From sequence record OR192075.1: a stretch of DNA of 64,000 nt; one strand, 5' to 3'. A model generated the notes under the pieces. The model was not told the DNA's origin. It saw nothing but the letters and a program-made list of their open reading frames with translations, and made no database searches. Each line of letters opens with the position of its first letter. Positions within the stretch are counted from its first letter, which is position 1. Shown piece by piece: positions 33,234 through 42,346 of this stretch. The DNA comes from Escherichia phage MIZ6. The translations under genes and the position numbers were made by a program.

Positions 33234-35990
33234 ATGGCAGATTTAAGCAGAATCCAATTTAAACGCACTAGCACTAAAGGTCGTAAACCTGATGCTAGTG
33301 CGATGAATCCGGGGGAATTGGCAATCAACCTTGCGGATCAATATCTTCTTACTAAAAATGATTCCGGTGCTATTATCAATTTAAGTTGTCCTCCGGTGTA
33401 TGACCGACAAGTTAGATTCGCTGGTAAGGTTGACGGTGACAACTATATTTTAGGTAAAACTGCTAACTATATGGATGATTCAACCGCTCGCGACCTTAAC
33501 AAATTTGGTGCGTTTCGAACGAATAATGCTGATGGATGGTCTAACTTGATTCTGAACATTCCTCATTCTAGCGGTAAAGCACACGGTCGCGGGTTTGAAT
33601 TTCAATATGGTTCTAGTTCCTCTCAGGTTAAAACCTATGGCTTTGATCAGGATGGTAACAAGAGATTCAGTTACCGCATGTATCATGAAGGCGATAAACC
33701 TACACCATCGGAATTGAACGTTTACAGCAAACAAGAAGTAGATAGAATGTTTGTTAAAAACGTTAAAATGTCTACTCCTCCCGATGTAAGTCGAGGATAT
33801 TTCAAAATTGCTACCGCCATGATCCCCCAGCAAGGAAAAATGGCATTTATTCGTATCTATGGTGGTAATGGATATAACGTTAACTCTATGGATCAAGTTG
33901 ACTTTGTAGAAATCGTGATTCGTGGTGGGAATGGAAATCCTAAAGGTGTTAGTATTGCAGCATATCGACGAAATGCTTTAAATCAGCTTGAAGTATTTGC
34001 TATTAATACATCTGGTGATAACTATGATATCTATGTAAAATATGGTCGATACACCGATAACGTTATTGTAGAATTTGGAAAAACGGTCGATGTTAATTTA
34101 ACTGTTCATGATGTTCCGGCTTTTTCGGAAGCAAAACCTGCTGGTACTACCTTTGAAGGTCGTGTTATTACGATGTTCAACACCGAAAACAAAGCCGGAA
34201 CGTTGATGTTTGATAATAACTCACAAGCAACCTATGATATTGTGAGCCTTAGCAATGCACCTGATAATAGCCGAAATTATCTGCGTAAATTCCGTAGCAA
34301 AGCGAATGAAACAATATGGCATGAAACTGTTCAAGGTGATGTGTATCGTCTGGCTACTGGTTCCACCGACCAAAAAGAAGTATTAAAAATTGTTGGTAGT
34401 GATGGTTTATTTGTCAATAGACTTCATCTGCAAGGCAATAACGCGATTCGTATGTGGCGTCCTACTGGTTGTAGTAACTATTTTGAATATATGGATCAGC
34501 GAGACGGGGCTAATAAACGTCAAGGCTGGTTTGGTTTTGGTTCTACAGAAACCAACGATTTTCAATGGTATAGTGACGAAGGTAAAAACTTTGTTAAGCT
34601 AGAAGCAAGTGGTCAAGTATCTTTAAGCGCAGGTGCAACCAAAATTGTATACACTAATGGTCAATATGTAGCTGCCAATTCTGATGCATACCGTATGATC
34701 TTTGGTAATTATGGTGCATTCTGGCGTAATGACGGCACTAAAGTTTATCTTCTTTCTACTGCCGAAAATGATCGTTTTGGTGGATGGAATAGCTATCGTC
34801 CATTCATTTATGATTTAACTTCCGGTAACGTTCAATTAGGCGGTGATGGTAACGAAGATGCATTAACGTTAGAATGTGCTTCTCGTGCCGCTCGCTTTAG
34901 TAATGACGTTTACATTAAGAAAGGGCTTTTGACTTTCGACGCTGGGCGATTAAATTCCCGCGATTACTTCCGGTTTAACCATTGGGGCGATAGCAATAAC
35001 GGTCGCGATAACATCCTACAGATTGAAGACAGTCAGGGCGCACATTTTATCACTGAACGTGCTATGGGTACTGGTAACATAACAACACGTTTTAGAGGCT
35101 TTGTACGTGTAGAATCTGGTGAAATTGCATTTGATGCTAACCGTGGTTCTTCTTCGCAATTTAGTCTCCATACATGGGGTAATGAATCACGAAAACAAGT
35201 TTTTGAATGTAAGGATGCAACAAGTTATCATTGGTATACCGAACGTACTGCGGGTGGCACTGGTCCGGTTAAGTTCTCTGTTGCAGGTTCTTTCTATAGC
35301 GGAAGCGATGTTAACGTAGGCGGTAGTCTGAATTTTGGTAATGCTATTCAACGCGGCGCTAGCGTCATTACTATAGATTCTGGTTCTGCGGGTGCTGGTT
35401 CTTTTGCATCTCAACATGATGATAACGTCAAAGCACCTATTTTCCAACGTTTAGACCGTGGTGATGCGTCTATATATGTTCCTTTGATTAAGCAACGTTA
35501 TGTTCAAGGTGCAGTAACATTCTCGTTGGGTATGCTTCTTAACGAAGGTTCATGGCGAGTTCATGTTAAAGGTTCTGGTGTTGAATCTAATACTACCTTC
35601 TATAAAAACGGCGATTTCCAAGCTGGACGCAATGGTAACTTTAACGACGTTTACATTCGCTCTGACTCTCGCCTGAAAATCAACAAGGAAGAGTATAAAG
35701 AGAATGCTACCGATAAAGTAAATAATCTTAAGGTATATTCCTACGATAAGGTTAAATCTTTAACCGACCGTACTGTAATCGCTCATGAAGTTGGTATTAT
35801 TGCTCAGGATCTTGAAAAAGAATTGCCGGAAGCAGTAACAACTTCTAACATCGGCGACCCAGATAACCCAGAAGAGATCTTAACAATTTCTAACTCTGCT
35901 GTCAACGCTCTTTTAATTAAGGCGTTTCAGGAAATGAGCGAAGAATTGAAAGCCGTTAAAGCTGAACTAGCGGAACTTAAAAAGAATTAA
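33234..35990 (+). CDS. 37: long tail fibre distal subunit (T4 gp37-like) with C-terminal intramolecular chaperone domain
   Basis: N-terminus and AGAGSFASQ..YVP.IKQRYVQG block match T4 gp37; C-terminal SDSRLK autocleavage-type motif and coiled-coil tail. Confidence 0.88.
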   Translation: MADLSRIQFKRTSTKGRKPDASAMNPGELAINLADQYLLTKNDSGAIINLSCPPVYDRQVRFAGKVDGDNYILGKTANYMDDSTARDLNKFGAFRTNNADGWSNLILNIPHSSGKAHGRGFEFQYGSSSSQVKTYGFDQDGNKRFSYRMYHEGDKPTPSELNVYSKQEVDRMFVKNVKMSTPPDVSRGYFKIATAMIPQQGKMAFIRIYGGNGYNVNSMDQVDFVEIVIRGGNGNPKGVSIAAYRRNALNQLEVFAINTSGDNYDIYVKYGRYTDNVIVEFGKTVDVNLTVHDVPAFSEAKPAGTTFEGRVITMFNTENKAGTLMFDNNSQATYDIVSLSNAPDNSRNYLRKFRSKANETIWHETVQGDVYRLATGSTDQKEVLKIVGSDGLFVNRLHLQGNNAIRMWRPTGCSNYFEYMDQRDGANKRQGWFGFGSTETNDFQWYSDEGKNFVKLEASGQVSLSAGATKIVYTNGQYVAANSDAYRMIFGNYGAFWRNDGTKVYLLSTAENDRFGGWNSYRPFIYDLTSGNVQLGGDGNEDALTLECASRAARFSNDVYIKKGLLTFDAGRLNSRDYFRFNHWGDSNNGRDNILQIEDSQGAHFITERAMGTGNITTRFRGFVRVESGEIAFDANRGSSSQFSLHTWGNESRKQVFECKDATSYHWYTERTAGGTGPVKFSVAGSFYSGSDVNVGGSLNFGNAIQRGASVITIDSGSAGAGSFASQHDDNVKAPIFQRLDRGDASIYVPLIKQRYVQGAVTFSLGMLLNEGSWRVHVKGSGVESNTTFYKNGDFQAGRNGNFNDVYIRSDSRLKINKEEYKENATDKVNNLKVYSYDKVKSLTDRTVIAHEVGIIAQDLEKELPEAVTTSNIGDPDNPEEILTISNSAVNALLIKAFQEMSEELKAVKAELAELKKN

Positions 35991-36030
35991 GGAAACTCCC
36001 AGGGAAGGGAACTACTAAGGAGAAACGGCT

Positions 36031-36270
36031 ATGGTCTATAATATCGTCATTGGCGCTTTGTCTAATTTCGGAATGAAATTATTGTCAAAGTTAATTAGTG
36101 AAAAGATGCTCACTAAAATTTTCTTCTATTGCGCTCGTCGTCTTGCGGCTTATACCAATACGCCAATTGATGATCGTTTTGTGGAAGAACTTTATAAGGA
36201 GTTTAATAAAGATCAGTCAGAAGATAGTAACGAGCAAGATAAATCTAGTGATAGTCAACTACCTAAATAA
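36031..36270 (+). CDS. hypothetical protein with hydrophobic N-terminus
   Basis: strong RBS AAGGAGAAA; sits where T4 has gp38. Confidence 0.55.
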   Translation: MVYNIVIGALSNFGMKLLSKLISEKMLTKIFFYCARRLAAYTNTPIDDRFVEELYKEFNKDQSEDSNEQDKSSDSQLPK

Positions 36271-36303
36271 GAGTACACTGTCATAGTTATCTTAGGGCAT
36301 TAT

Positions 36304-36960
36304 ATGCAAGTTTCTGAAAAAGGGAAAGACTTTGCTATCTCAAATGTCCTGCGCGCTATTTTCACAACTAAAAGCACGGAGTTGCTCGTACTTCGTGTTT
36401 TTGCTGCCGTCGTGTTGTCCATATTGGCATTTGTCGTTTATAGTAAAAACGAGTTATTTGCGCTTTATAAAGAGACTCGTTATGAGACTTATGCTCACAT
36501 TCTCCAGGTAGAGAAAGACCGCAATTTTGATAATGCAGCACAGGAGCAGTTACAGATAGTTCATGTGTCGGCTGATGCCGATTTTTCTGCTGTTTTTAGT
36601 TTTCGTCCGAAAAACCTAAACTATTTTGTTGATTTGGTGGCATATGAAGGAAAGCTACCACACACAATCGATGAAAAAAATTTAGGCGGATTCCCTATCA
36701 ATAAAACGAGTGAAGAATATCGTAGGCATCTTTTAGGTAAATCATATTTTACCGATAAAGATTTCCAGTATATTCCATCAAGAGAAAAGAAATTAGAGAA
36801 TATCGATATAGGTTTCATGTATTCTTGTCCTATATTCAATCTCGATAATGTCTATTCTGGTAGTATCGCCATTTCATGGAAGAATAAACCGGATATTGAC
36901 ATTGAGAATTTAGATACTCTTTGCAATCAATCTGCCAGAATCCTCGGAAGGATTAGATAA
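36304..36960 (+). CDS. t: holin (T4 t-like)
   Basis: 218 aa, colinear with T4 T holin (QLQIVH.S.EADFSAV.SFRPKNLNYFVD..AYEGKLP, ARILGR). Confidence 0.9.
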   Translation: MQVSEKGKDFAISNVLRAIFTTKSTELLVLRVFAAVVLSILAFVVYSKNELFALYKETRYETYAHILQVEKDRNFDNAAQEQLQIVHVSADADFSAVFSFRPKNLNYFVDLVAYEGKLPHTIDEKNLGGFPINKTSEEYRRHLLGKSYFTDKDFQYIPSREKKLENIDIGFMYSCPIFNLDNVYSGSIAISWKNKPDIDIENLDTLCNQSARILGRIR

Positions 36961-36966
36961 CTTAAA

Positions 36967-36998
36967 GGGGAAGCCTTTCGGCCTCCCCTTCTTTTTAT
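36967..36998 (+). terminator. rho-independent terminator, probably bidirectional
   Basis: hairpin GGGGAAGCC-TTTC-GGCCTCCCC followed by TTCTTTTTATT. Confidence 0.6.
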
Positions 36999-37243
36999 TG
37001 GCGCATAGACGCGCCTGAATCGCATTTTGACGCTGTATGATGAAAACAGGTAGCGTACCAGTCATCGGCTTGTTTGTCTTCGTCAGAAAACGCGTAATTT
37101 CGTTGTACGCCGTTTTCTACTTTGACCAGTGCGATAGCTGTTTCTGGAAGATCAATCAATCGGACAAAATCACCATCTTCCCACTCTACACGAGCAATAT
37201 CATAGCCCATCTCAAAGTATACAATCGCTTGTTCTAATTTCAT
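36995..37243 (-). CDS. DUF2829-like small protein (Tad2-like candidate)
   Basis: LEQAIVYFEMGYDIARVEW ... SDEDKQADDWY pattern resembles DUF2829. Confidence 0.4.
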   Translation of the reverse strand: MKLEQAIVYFEMGYDIARVEWEDGDFVRLIDLPETAIALVKVENGVQRNYAFSDEDKQADDWYATCFHHTASKCDSGASMRQ

Positions 37244-37563
37244 TCTGGAAACTTCCCGTAAACATTCTCTGCCAGCTTACGTGCGTCTTTTACAATATCT
37301 TTCATGTAATGACTATAATTTTTAGCTAGATCAATGATGCAATCAACAAAGAAGTAATAGCGTCGCAGTGCTACCATCTCAACATCTTCAAGATGACCAT
37401 TTTCTCCAATCTCTGAAATATGTTTAAATTCCTTTCGGATCGCGTCCATCGCGACATTAACTTCTTTTATAATATCTTTCGTATTATATGCACCTCGACT
37501 AATCAAAATTTTGGTTATGTCCTCTGCTTTTTCGTGAAAGTTGTCAATTTCAAACTCGATCAT
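37240..37563 (-). CDS. hypothetical protein, tandem paralog of 37678..38010
   Basis: ATG at 37563 with RBS GAGAGGTGATT; shared C-terminal motif AR..EN.(Y/F).KF. Confidence 0.5.
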   Translation of the reverse strand: MIEFEIDNFHEKAEDITKILISRGAYNTKDIIKEVNVAMDAIRKEFKHISEIGENGHLEDVEMVALRRYYFFVDCIIDLAKNYSHYMKDIVKDARKLAENVYGKFPE

Positions 37564-37677
37564 AATCACCTCTCATAATTTCACGCTGTTGTGTCAACAT
37601 TTTTTCGTGGTTTGCTAATTCTATACCTTGTAATAGCATAACCAGTGCAATTTTCAATGATTCATCATCTTTCATAA

Positions 37678-38010
37678 TCAAAATTTATCGAAAATATTCT
37701 CTGTCATAATTCTTGCTTCGTCGATTATTTTCGTCATGTTCATGGTGTAGTTATGATCATTTAGTGCTTTAATGACAACGAGCAAGGAATCTAAAAACAC
37801 TCGATACCGGGTATATTCTACGCTATTTGTGAATACCGATGTTTTCTCTACTTTATCGATCAGATAGCCTAAAACCGATAGCGCCTCGTTTACTTCCCTT
37901 GTTACTTTATCGGCGCTAAACAACACCGGATAAAGACGCGGTGTGATTAACCGCGCTGCCTCTTTCAATTCGGTCGCTTTCCAGGATTCATATTTGTCAT
38001 AGTTAAACAT
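37678..38010 (-). CDS. hypothetical protein, tandem paralog of 37240..37563
   Basis: ORF; similar length and C-terminus. Confidence 0.5.
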   Translation of the reverse strand: MFNYDKYESWKATELKEAARLITPRLYPVLFSADKVTREVNEALSVLGYLIDKVEKTSVFTNSVEYTRYRVFLDSLLVVIKALNDHNYTMNMTKIIDEARIMTENIFDKF

Positions 38011-38022
38011 TGTATAATCTCC

Positions 38023-38355
38023 TTACAGATGAAAACCTGTTACGATCACCGCATCGATCGTACCGCTAGGAATAAACGGTTCGCCCTCTTTTATTTCAAC
38101 TTTGAATTGATGCCATTTCGCTAATACTTCTTCCGGTACACCCAGCGATTCGGCGTCTGCTTTAGTTTCATCCATAATCCAACTAGGCTGCATGAGAGCA
38201 TAGTTTACATAGTCCATTTCTGGGGTCATGTCATCAATGTTAATATATTTGCAGTTGACGCGTTTCAGAATTTCAAATTCTTTATTGTCAACCTGTACCA
38301 TGTATAATTCAGTAGTTTCTGGAATCAGTTCCCAAACAATCAGTACATTTTTCAT
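38023..38355 (-). CDS. hypothetical protein
   Basis: RBS GTGAGGTGA. Confidence 0.55.
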   Translation of the reverse strand: MKNVLIVWELIPETTELYMVQVDNKEFEILKRVNCKYINIDDMTPEMDYVNYALMQPSWIMDETKADAESLGVPEEVLAKWHQFKVEIKEGEPFIPSGTIDAVIVTGFHL

Positions 38356-38363
38356 AGTTCACC

Positions 38364-38732
38364 TCACTTAACAAAGATTTTCTTTAATGCTTTCAGGATC
38401 GTTGCTTCCGGCGCTTCTTCCGGTGGAGGAAGCAATTCTACCACTTCCTCTTCCAACTCGATATAGTCTACCAGATATTCTACATAGAATGCAAGTGCTT
38501 CCATGAAATTAGATGCTACATCCGATTCACCACACGCACCTACATGCATTGTATAAACACCACTGCGATCAAGTTTGTGGATGCTTCCCAGATAGTTCCG
38601 GTTATACCAGACTTCCCACACTTTCAGCTTTCCAGTTTTTGTTGCTGTTTTATAATCGGTTTCGTAATGATGCAATTGACGTTGCAAATCATTGATAATA
38701 ACACATTTTTCGTAATTGTTTTGAATTTCCAT
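38364..38732 (-). CDS. hypothetical protein
   Basis: RBS GTGAGGATTA. Confidence 0.55.
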   Translation of the reverse strand: MEIQNNYEKCVIINDLQRQLHHYETDYKTATKTGKLKVWEVWYNRNYLGSIHKLDRSGVYTMHVGACGESDVASNFMEALAFYVEYLVDYIELEEEVVELLPPPEEAPEATILKALKKIFVK

Positions 38733-38742
38733 GATGTAATCC

Positions 38743-38934
38743 TCACTTATCGTTAAGAAGTTCTAAAACTTTCTGTCGTACTTTGTCAATATTGGTTGAT
38801 TCAAAAACTGTACGGTATCCCCAGCTTTGACCGTATGAGCGCGAGCAATCCCCATAACCCCATTGTTCAACCTGATAATATTCAAGGAATGGGTGCTGCC
38901 GAACTATGATACCATCGCGATTAAAAATTACCAT
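38743..38934 (-). CDS. hypothetical protein
   Basis: RBS GTGAGGATTA. Confidence 0.5.
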   Translation of the reverse strand: MVIFNRDGIIVRQHPFLEYYQVEQWGYGDCSRSYGQSWGYRTVFESTNIDKVRQKVLELLNDK

Positions 38935-38957
38935 AATATAATCCTCACGTCAACAAC

Positions 38958-39236
38958 TTATTTTCGGTTGTACTTCTGCCACTTTCGGTAATACTGCTTG
39001 TAATATTGTTTAATGTTTGGTGGTTCGTCACTATACATGTTATCAACCATCATGTCAATAAGACCTTCCGGTGTTTGATAGTTACCCGCTCGAATGAGTT
39101 CCTTAATCAAAAGATCTTGTGTCGCTTTATACTTGACAATAACAACTGTCTTTTCTGCCTTTCCAATTCCGATCCGGTCGTTAGCTCTCATAGCATCCCA
39201 CCAATCTTTTTTAAACTTCATGTTGTTAAATTTCAT
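38958..39236 (-). CDS. hypothetical basic protein
   Basis: RBS AAGAAGGG. Confidence 0.5.
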   Translation of the reverse strand: MKFNNMKFKKDWWDAMRANDRIGIGKAEKTVVIVKYKATQDLLIKELIRAGNYQTPEGLIDMMVDNMYSDEPPNIKQYYKQYYRKWQKYNRK

Positions 39237-39239
39237 AAT

Positions 39240-40040
39240 TTAACCCTTCTTATATTCGCAAACATATTGAGTACCATAATCATAGCTAATGCGACCTTTC
39301 TCGATGACTTCAAAGCGGATTTCATCGTTTTCCCCTACCCACATTTTGTACTCGTTGAAGTATCCTGCTACATCCGGTTTGCTCATACCAACAACCATAT
39401 TTTTATATTGTTTGCTGCGTGTCAGATTTGATTTAAACACTTCGCGCTCATCAACATATACGAAAGAAGACAATTCACCTTCGGTCATGGTCATTTTCAG
39501 CTTGCCGCCCTTGTTGCCATAAGTAGAGTTGCCATACAATGGATCTTTGCGGCTGTCTGTTTCAATACCATCAATGATTTTCCATGTAAATTTTGCAATG
39601 CACTGATAAGTGATAGATCCAGAGATTTTCTCTTCTTTCTTCTGTTCTTCCACCACTTTTTCTTCCTGTTTCGGTTGTTCTTCTTCAACCTTCGCAGAAG
39701 TCTCTGAATCGCTTTCTGACTCGGTTTCTTCTTTAGGTAATACATTCATCAAGTTTTGGATTTGAGCGTTGTATACAGCCTCCAGTGGCTGGATCTGTCC
39801 GATATTGATCATTGTATCACGAACAGTTTTATTCCAGTTGCGTTGCTCTTGTTTCAGAGACGGATCAATCTTAACAGCCTTAACATACACCTCATGAAGT
39901 TTCGAATCCAGTGCGGAGATTGACTCATTAGCACAAATAAACTTCTCTGATTTGGTAGTGGCTTTAGCGCAATCAAAGGACGCAGCATTAGCACCGAAAG
40001 CAGTAGCGGAAAGAACGATCGCAGCGATAATGTTTTTCAT
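39240..40040 (-). CDS. secreted protein with LprI/DUF1311-like N-terminal domain
   Basis: signal peptide MKNIIAAIVLSATAFGANA; DCAKATT..EKFICANE..ALD..L...Y Cys pattern; acidic linker. Confidence 0.5.
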   Translation of the reverse strand: MKNIIAAIVLSATAFGANAASFDCAKATTKSEKFICANESISALDSKLHEVYVKAVKIDPSLKQEQRNWNKTVRDTMINIGQIQPLEAVYNAQIQNLMNVLPKEETESESDSETSAKVEEEQPKQEEKVVEEQKKEEKISGSITYQCIAKFTWKIIDGIETDSRKDPLYGNSTYGNKGGKLKMTMTEGELSSFVYVDEREVFKSNLTRSKQYKNMVVGMSKPDVAGYFNEYKMWVGENDEIRFEVIEKGRISYDYGTQYVCEYKKG

Positions 40041-40114
40041 AATATATTCCTCAATGTTTTGTCTTGATGGGAGTATCTTACTACTCCCTTAATCCGGTGT
40101 CAACTACTTTTAAA

Positions 40115-40414
40115 TTATTTTCGCCATTCACCGGAAACAATAAAGTTTGTAAAGTGATCGTGGTCCGTGATAACGTCATTAAGTACCATATGTGGATACA
40201 CTTTAGTGATAATTTTACTAAGTACCATATGCGGATATGCTTTAGTGTAATCACGTTTACGATCAGTCATCCAGCCAACGAAAGTTGGTGCAAAGTACGG
40301 TACACCGTCAGACGATGCCATATTAAACCCTTTATCAACCATAAATGCAGCCGCCCTAAGATTTTTAATTGAAGTAGTGCGACTAATTTCAAAAACTTTA
40401 TCGGTAAAATTCAT
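40115..40414 (-). CDS. hypothetical protein containing internal tandem repeat (KAYPHMVL / KVYPHMVL)
   Basis: ATG at 40414 with G-rich RBS; 39-bp DNA tandem repeat inside. Confidence 0.5.
   Translation of the reverse strand: MNFTDKVFEISRTTSIKNLRAAAFMVDKGFNMASSDGVPYFAPTFVGWMTDRKRDYTKAYPHMVLSKIITKVYPHMVLNDVITDHDHFTNFIVSGEWRK
40181..40255. repeat. about 39-bp direct tandem repeat, 2 copies
   Basis: aagtaccatatg(t/c)ggata(c/t)(a/g)ctttagtg... repeated back to back. Confidence 0.6.
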
Positions 40415-40415
40415 T

Positions 40416-40625
40416 TTAAGCCCCCGCTCGTGCATTAATACGCATTTTCTGCATAGCCATGATCTGGTTTACTGCTTCTTCTTTACGTTCTTGCGTGATA
40501 ACGTGACCAGATTCCGCAAACTCTCCCGCAACTTCTTCTACGATCTCGCGAACTTGAGAACGTCCAAAGATGCGGTTTCCTTCGTAGCTCATAAACTCGG
40601 TTACTACTTGCTCGATAGATTTCAT
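40416..40625 (-). CDS. hypothetical protein
   Basis: promoter cassette and GGAGAATCA RBS. Confidence 0.55.
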   Translation of the reverse strand: MKSIEQVVTEFMSYEGNRIFGRSQVREIVEEVAGEFAESGHVITQERKEEAVNQIMAMQKMRINARAGA

Positions 40626-40691
40626 GTGATTCTCCTTTCGTTTCGGTGTGGGAGTATGTTAATACTCCCATTTCTTTACGTCAACCAGTTT

Positions 40692-40934
40692 TTAGAAATT
40701 TTTCGCTTCTTCTTCGGTCATCATCACCGCGCATTCGTGCATAACTTTGAAAACCGGGTCAATCATATCGAATGCTTCGCTGGACAGTTTACGAGAAGCG
40801 ATTTTGATTGCTTCAACGTCTTCTACTACAGGAACAAAAACAGTTTTCAGTTCGTCGAGCACGGCAGCTTCTTTTTCATTCAGGAAGATCCCAGCGTCGT
40901 ACAGTGCAACTTCGATAACATTAACTTTAACCAT
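40692..40934 (-). CDS. hypothetical acidic protein
   Basis: RBS GGAGGAAATAAA; promoter cassette. Confidence 0.55.
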   Translation of the reverse strand: MVKVNVIEVALYDAGIFLNEKEAAVLDELKTVFVPVVEDVEAIKIASRKLSSEAFDMIDPVFKVMHECAVMMTEEEAKNF

Positions 40935-40973
40935 TTTATTTCCTCCAGTTCGTTTCGGTATGGGAGTATAATA

Positions 40974-41198
40974 CTACCGATGACCTTTGGCGTCAACTGC
41001 TTTTTTATTATTTTCGTGAAAATTTTTCGTCGCCTCATGTGCTTTTCGCTGGGCTTCTTGTTGTGCTTGCTGGCGTGCTGCCTCTTGTGAAGCCATAACG
41101 GAAGCATTTGCAGCAGTTACAGCCGCTACCATCGCTGCGGTATTAGCATTTACAGTACATGCACTAGCCAGCAAAGCAATTGCAATCATTTTCTTCAT
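40974..41198 (-). CDS. small secreted protein or lipoprotein
   Basis: signal peptide MKKMIAIALLASAC; RBS AAAGGGGAAA. Confidence 0.5.
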   Translation of the reverse strand: MKKMIAIALLASACTVNANTAAMVAAVTAANASVMASQEAARQQAQQEAQRKAHEATKNFHENNKKAVDAKGHR

Positions 41199-41365
41199 AG
41201 TTTCCCCTTTAGGTTATCTTCGACCTTCACCCATTCCGCGTATTCTTGCGCGGCTACTTTCGGATTTAGTCCGTCTTCGTACATTGCTTCAAGTAATTCT
41301 TCGTCGGTGGGCTTATACCCTAGATAAGCCTCCACCTGATTTTTCCAAATTTTATACCAGTTCAT
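41195..41365 (-). CDS. small hypothetical protein (56 aa)
   Basis: ATG at 41365 with RBS GGTGA. Confidence 0.45.
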   Translation of the reverse strand: MNWYKIWKNQVEAYLGYKPTDEELLEAMYEDGLNPKVAAQEYAEWVKVEDNLKGKL

Positions 41366-41369
41366 ATTA

Positions 41370-41642
41370 TCACCAGTCAAGAGCGCGTGTCTCTGCGTCT
41401 TCCCATGCTTGATCCATAACAGCCTTGAAAACATATTCTAAAGTATCATCTTTAGAGAATCCGAAGACCTTAGACGGAATATCTTCAATTGCTACTCCCG
41501 CGACTTCTGCATTACGCGCTTGGCAATAATGCAACTCTAAGTTATCGAGATAGCGACCGCCTAATTTCTCCATATCATCCCAGCATTTCCAGTAACCTAC
41601 TTTATTTGCAATCGCTAACACCTTGCTGTTTTCGTTGTTCAT
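41370..41642 (-). CDS. hypothetical protein
   Basis: ATG at 41642 directly behind GGAGAATCAAAG RBS and promoter cassette. Confidence 0.55.
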   Translation of the reverse strand: MNNENSKVLAIANKVGYWKCWDDMEKLGGRYLDNLELHYCQARNAEVAGVAIEDIPSKVFGFSKDDTLEYVFKAVMDQAWEDAETRALDW

Positions 41643-41711
41643 CTTTGATTCTCCTTTTGTTTGGTATGTGTGTATTATGCAATGATGGATTTGTGAAGTC
41701 AACAACTTTTT

Positions 41712-41742
41712 AAAATAAAAAAGCCGACCACACGGATCGGCT
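41712..41742 (-). terminator. rho-independent terminator
   Basis: hairpin AGCCGATCCGTGTGGTCGGCT plus TTTTTTATTTT on minus strand. Confidence 0.6.
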
Positions 41743-41752
41743 TAATAATCAG

Positions 41753-42145
41753 TTACTTACTAAATTTCTTTTTGGCTTCGTCTACCGCATGAGATGCCAG
41801 TACCGCAGCCGCATGTGCACTTTTATCTGTGTTGCAGAGAACACCCAGATAAACATCACGCCAAAGTTTAATCATCTCGTAGATCATATCAATATCATTT
41901 TCTTGTTTGTTGGCGATGCTATTCGTCGTTATCTGGTAAGGTAACGGCTTAATCTGTACTGGTTCCGCCATCGGGCTAAACGGTTTCGGATCAGTCATCG
42001 GATTAATTGATGGCGATGTTTTCCATACGTCATTATTCCACGGTTTAACGGTTGTACCGTATATTTTATAAGGATTTTTGTCTGGATCAACCATCCATGC
42101 ATGATGGATACCTAAACCATTTGAAGTGATGCGTCGTTCAGTCAT
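41753..42145 (-). CDS. hypothetical protein
   Basis: RBS GAGGGGG. Confidence 0.55.
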   Translation of the reverse strand: MTERRITSNGLGIHHAWMVDPDKNPYKIYGTTVKPWNNDVWKTSPSINPMTDPKPFSPMAEPVQIKPLPYQITTNSIANKQENDIDMIYEMIKLWRDVYLGVLCNTDKSAHAAAVLASHAVDEAKKKFSK

Positions 42146-42344
42146 GTTTTACCCCCTCTGATAATTCTTTCATCAAGCTGTCGATCTTTGCTCTGTGTTC
42201 TGGCGTGTTTGTCATCTCTGCTAATTTGCTCAGAGATTCACTGGTGATCCGGTTGGATTCTTCCAGTGTTTCAACGACAATTGGCACAATCTTTTTATTG
42301 TTGTACAGAAATGCAATATAACCGCCTTCTGGATATTCTTTCAT
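42138..42344 (-). CDS. hypothetical protein
   Basis: ATG at 42344 with RBS AAGAAGGG. Confidence 0.5.
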   Translation of the reverse strand: MKEYPEGGYIAFLYNNKKIVPIVVETLEESNRITSESLSKLAEMTNTPEHRAKIDSLMKELSEGVKHD

Positions 42345-42346
42345 AA

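Noticed and set aside
37550-37675. 42-aa minus-strand ORF in the 37563..37678 gap
   Set aside because: No RBS and overlaps the start of the downstream gene; more likely promoter/leader sequence
40377-41090. 237-aa plus-strand ORF
   Set aside because: Spans three promoter cassettes and three well-supported minus-strand genes on the opposite strand
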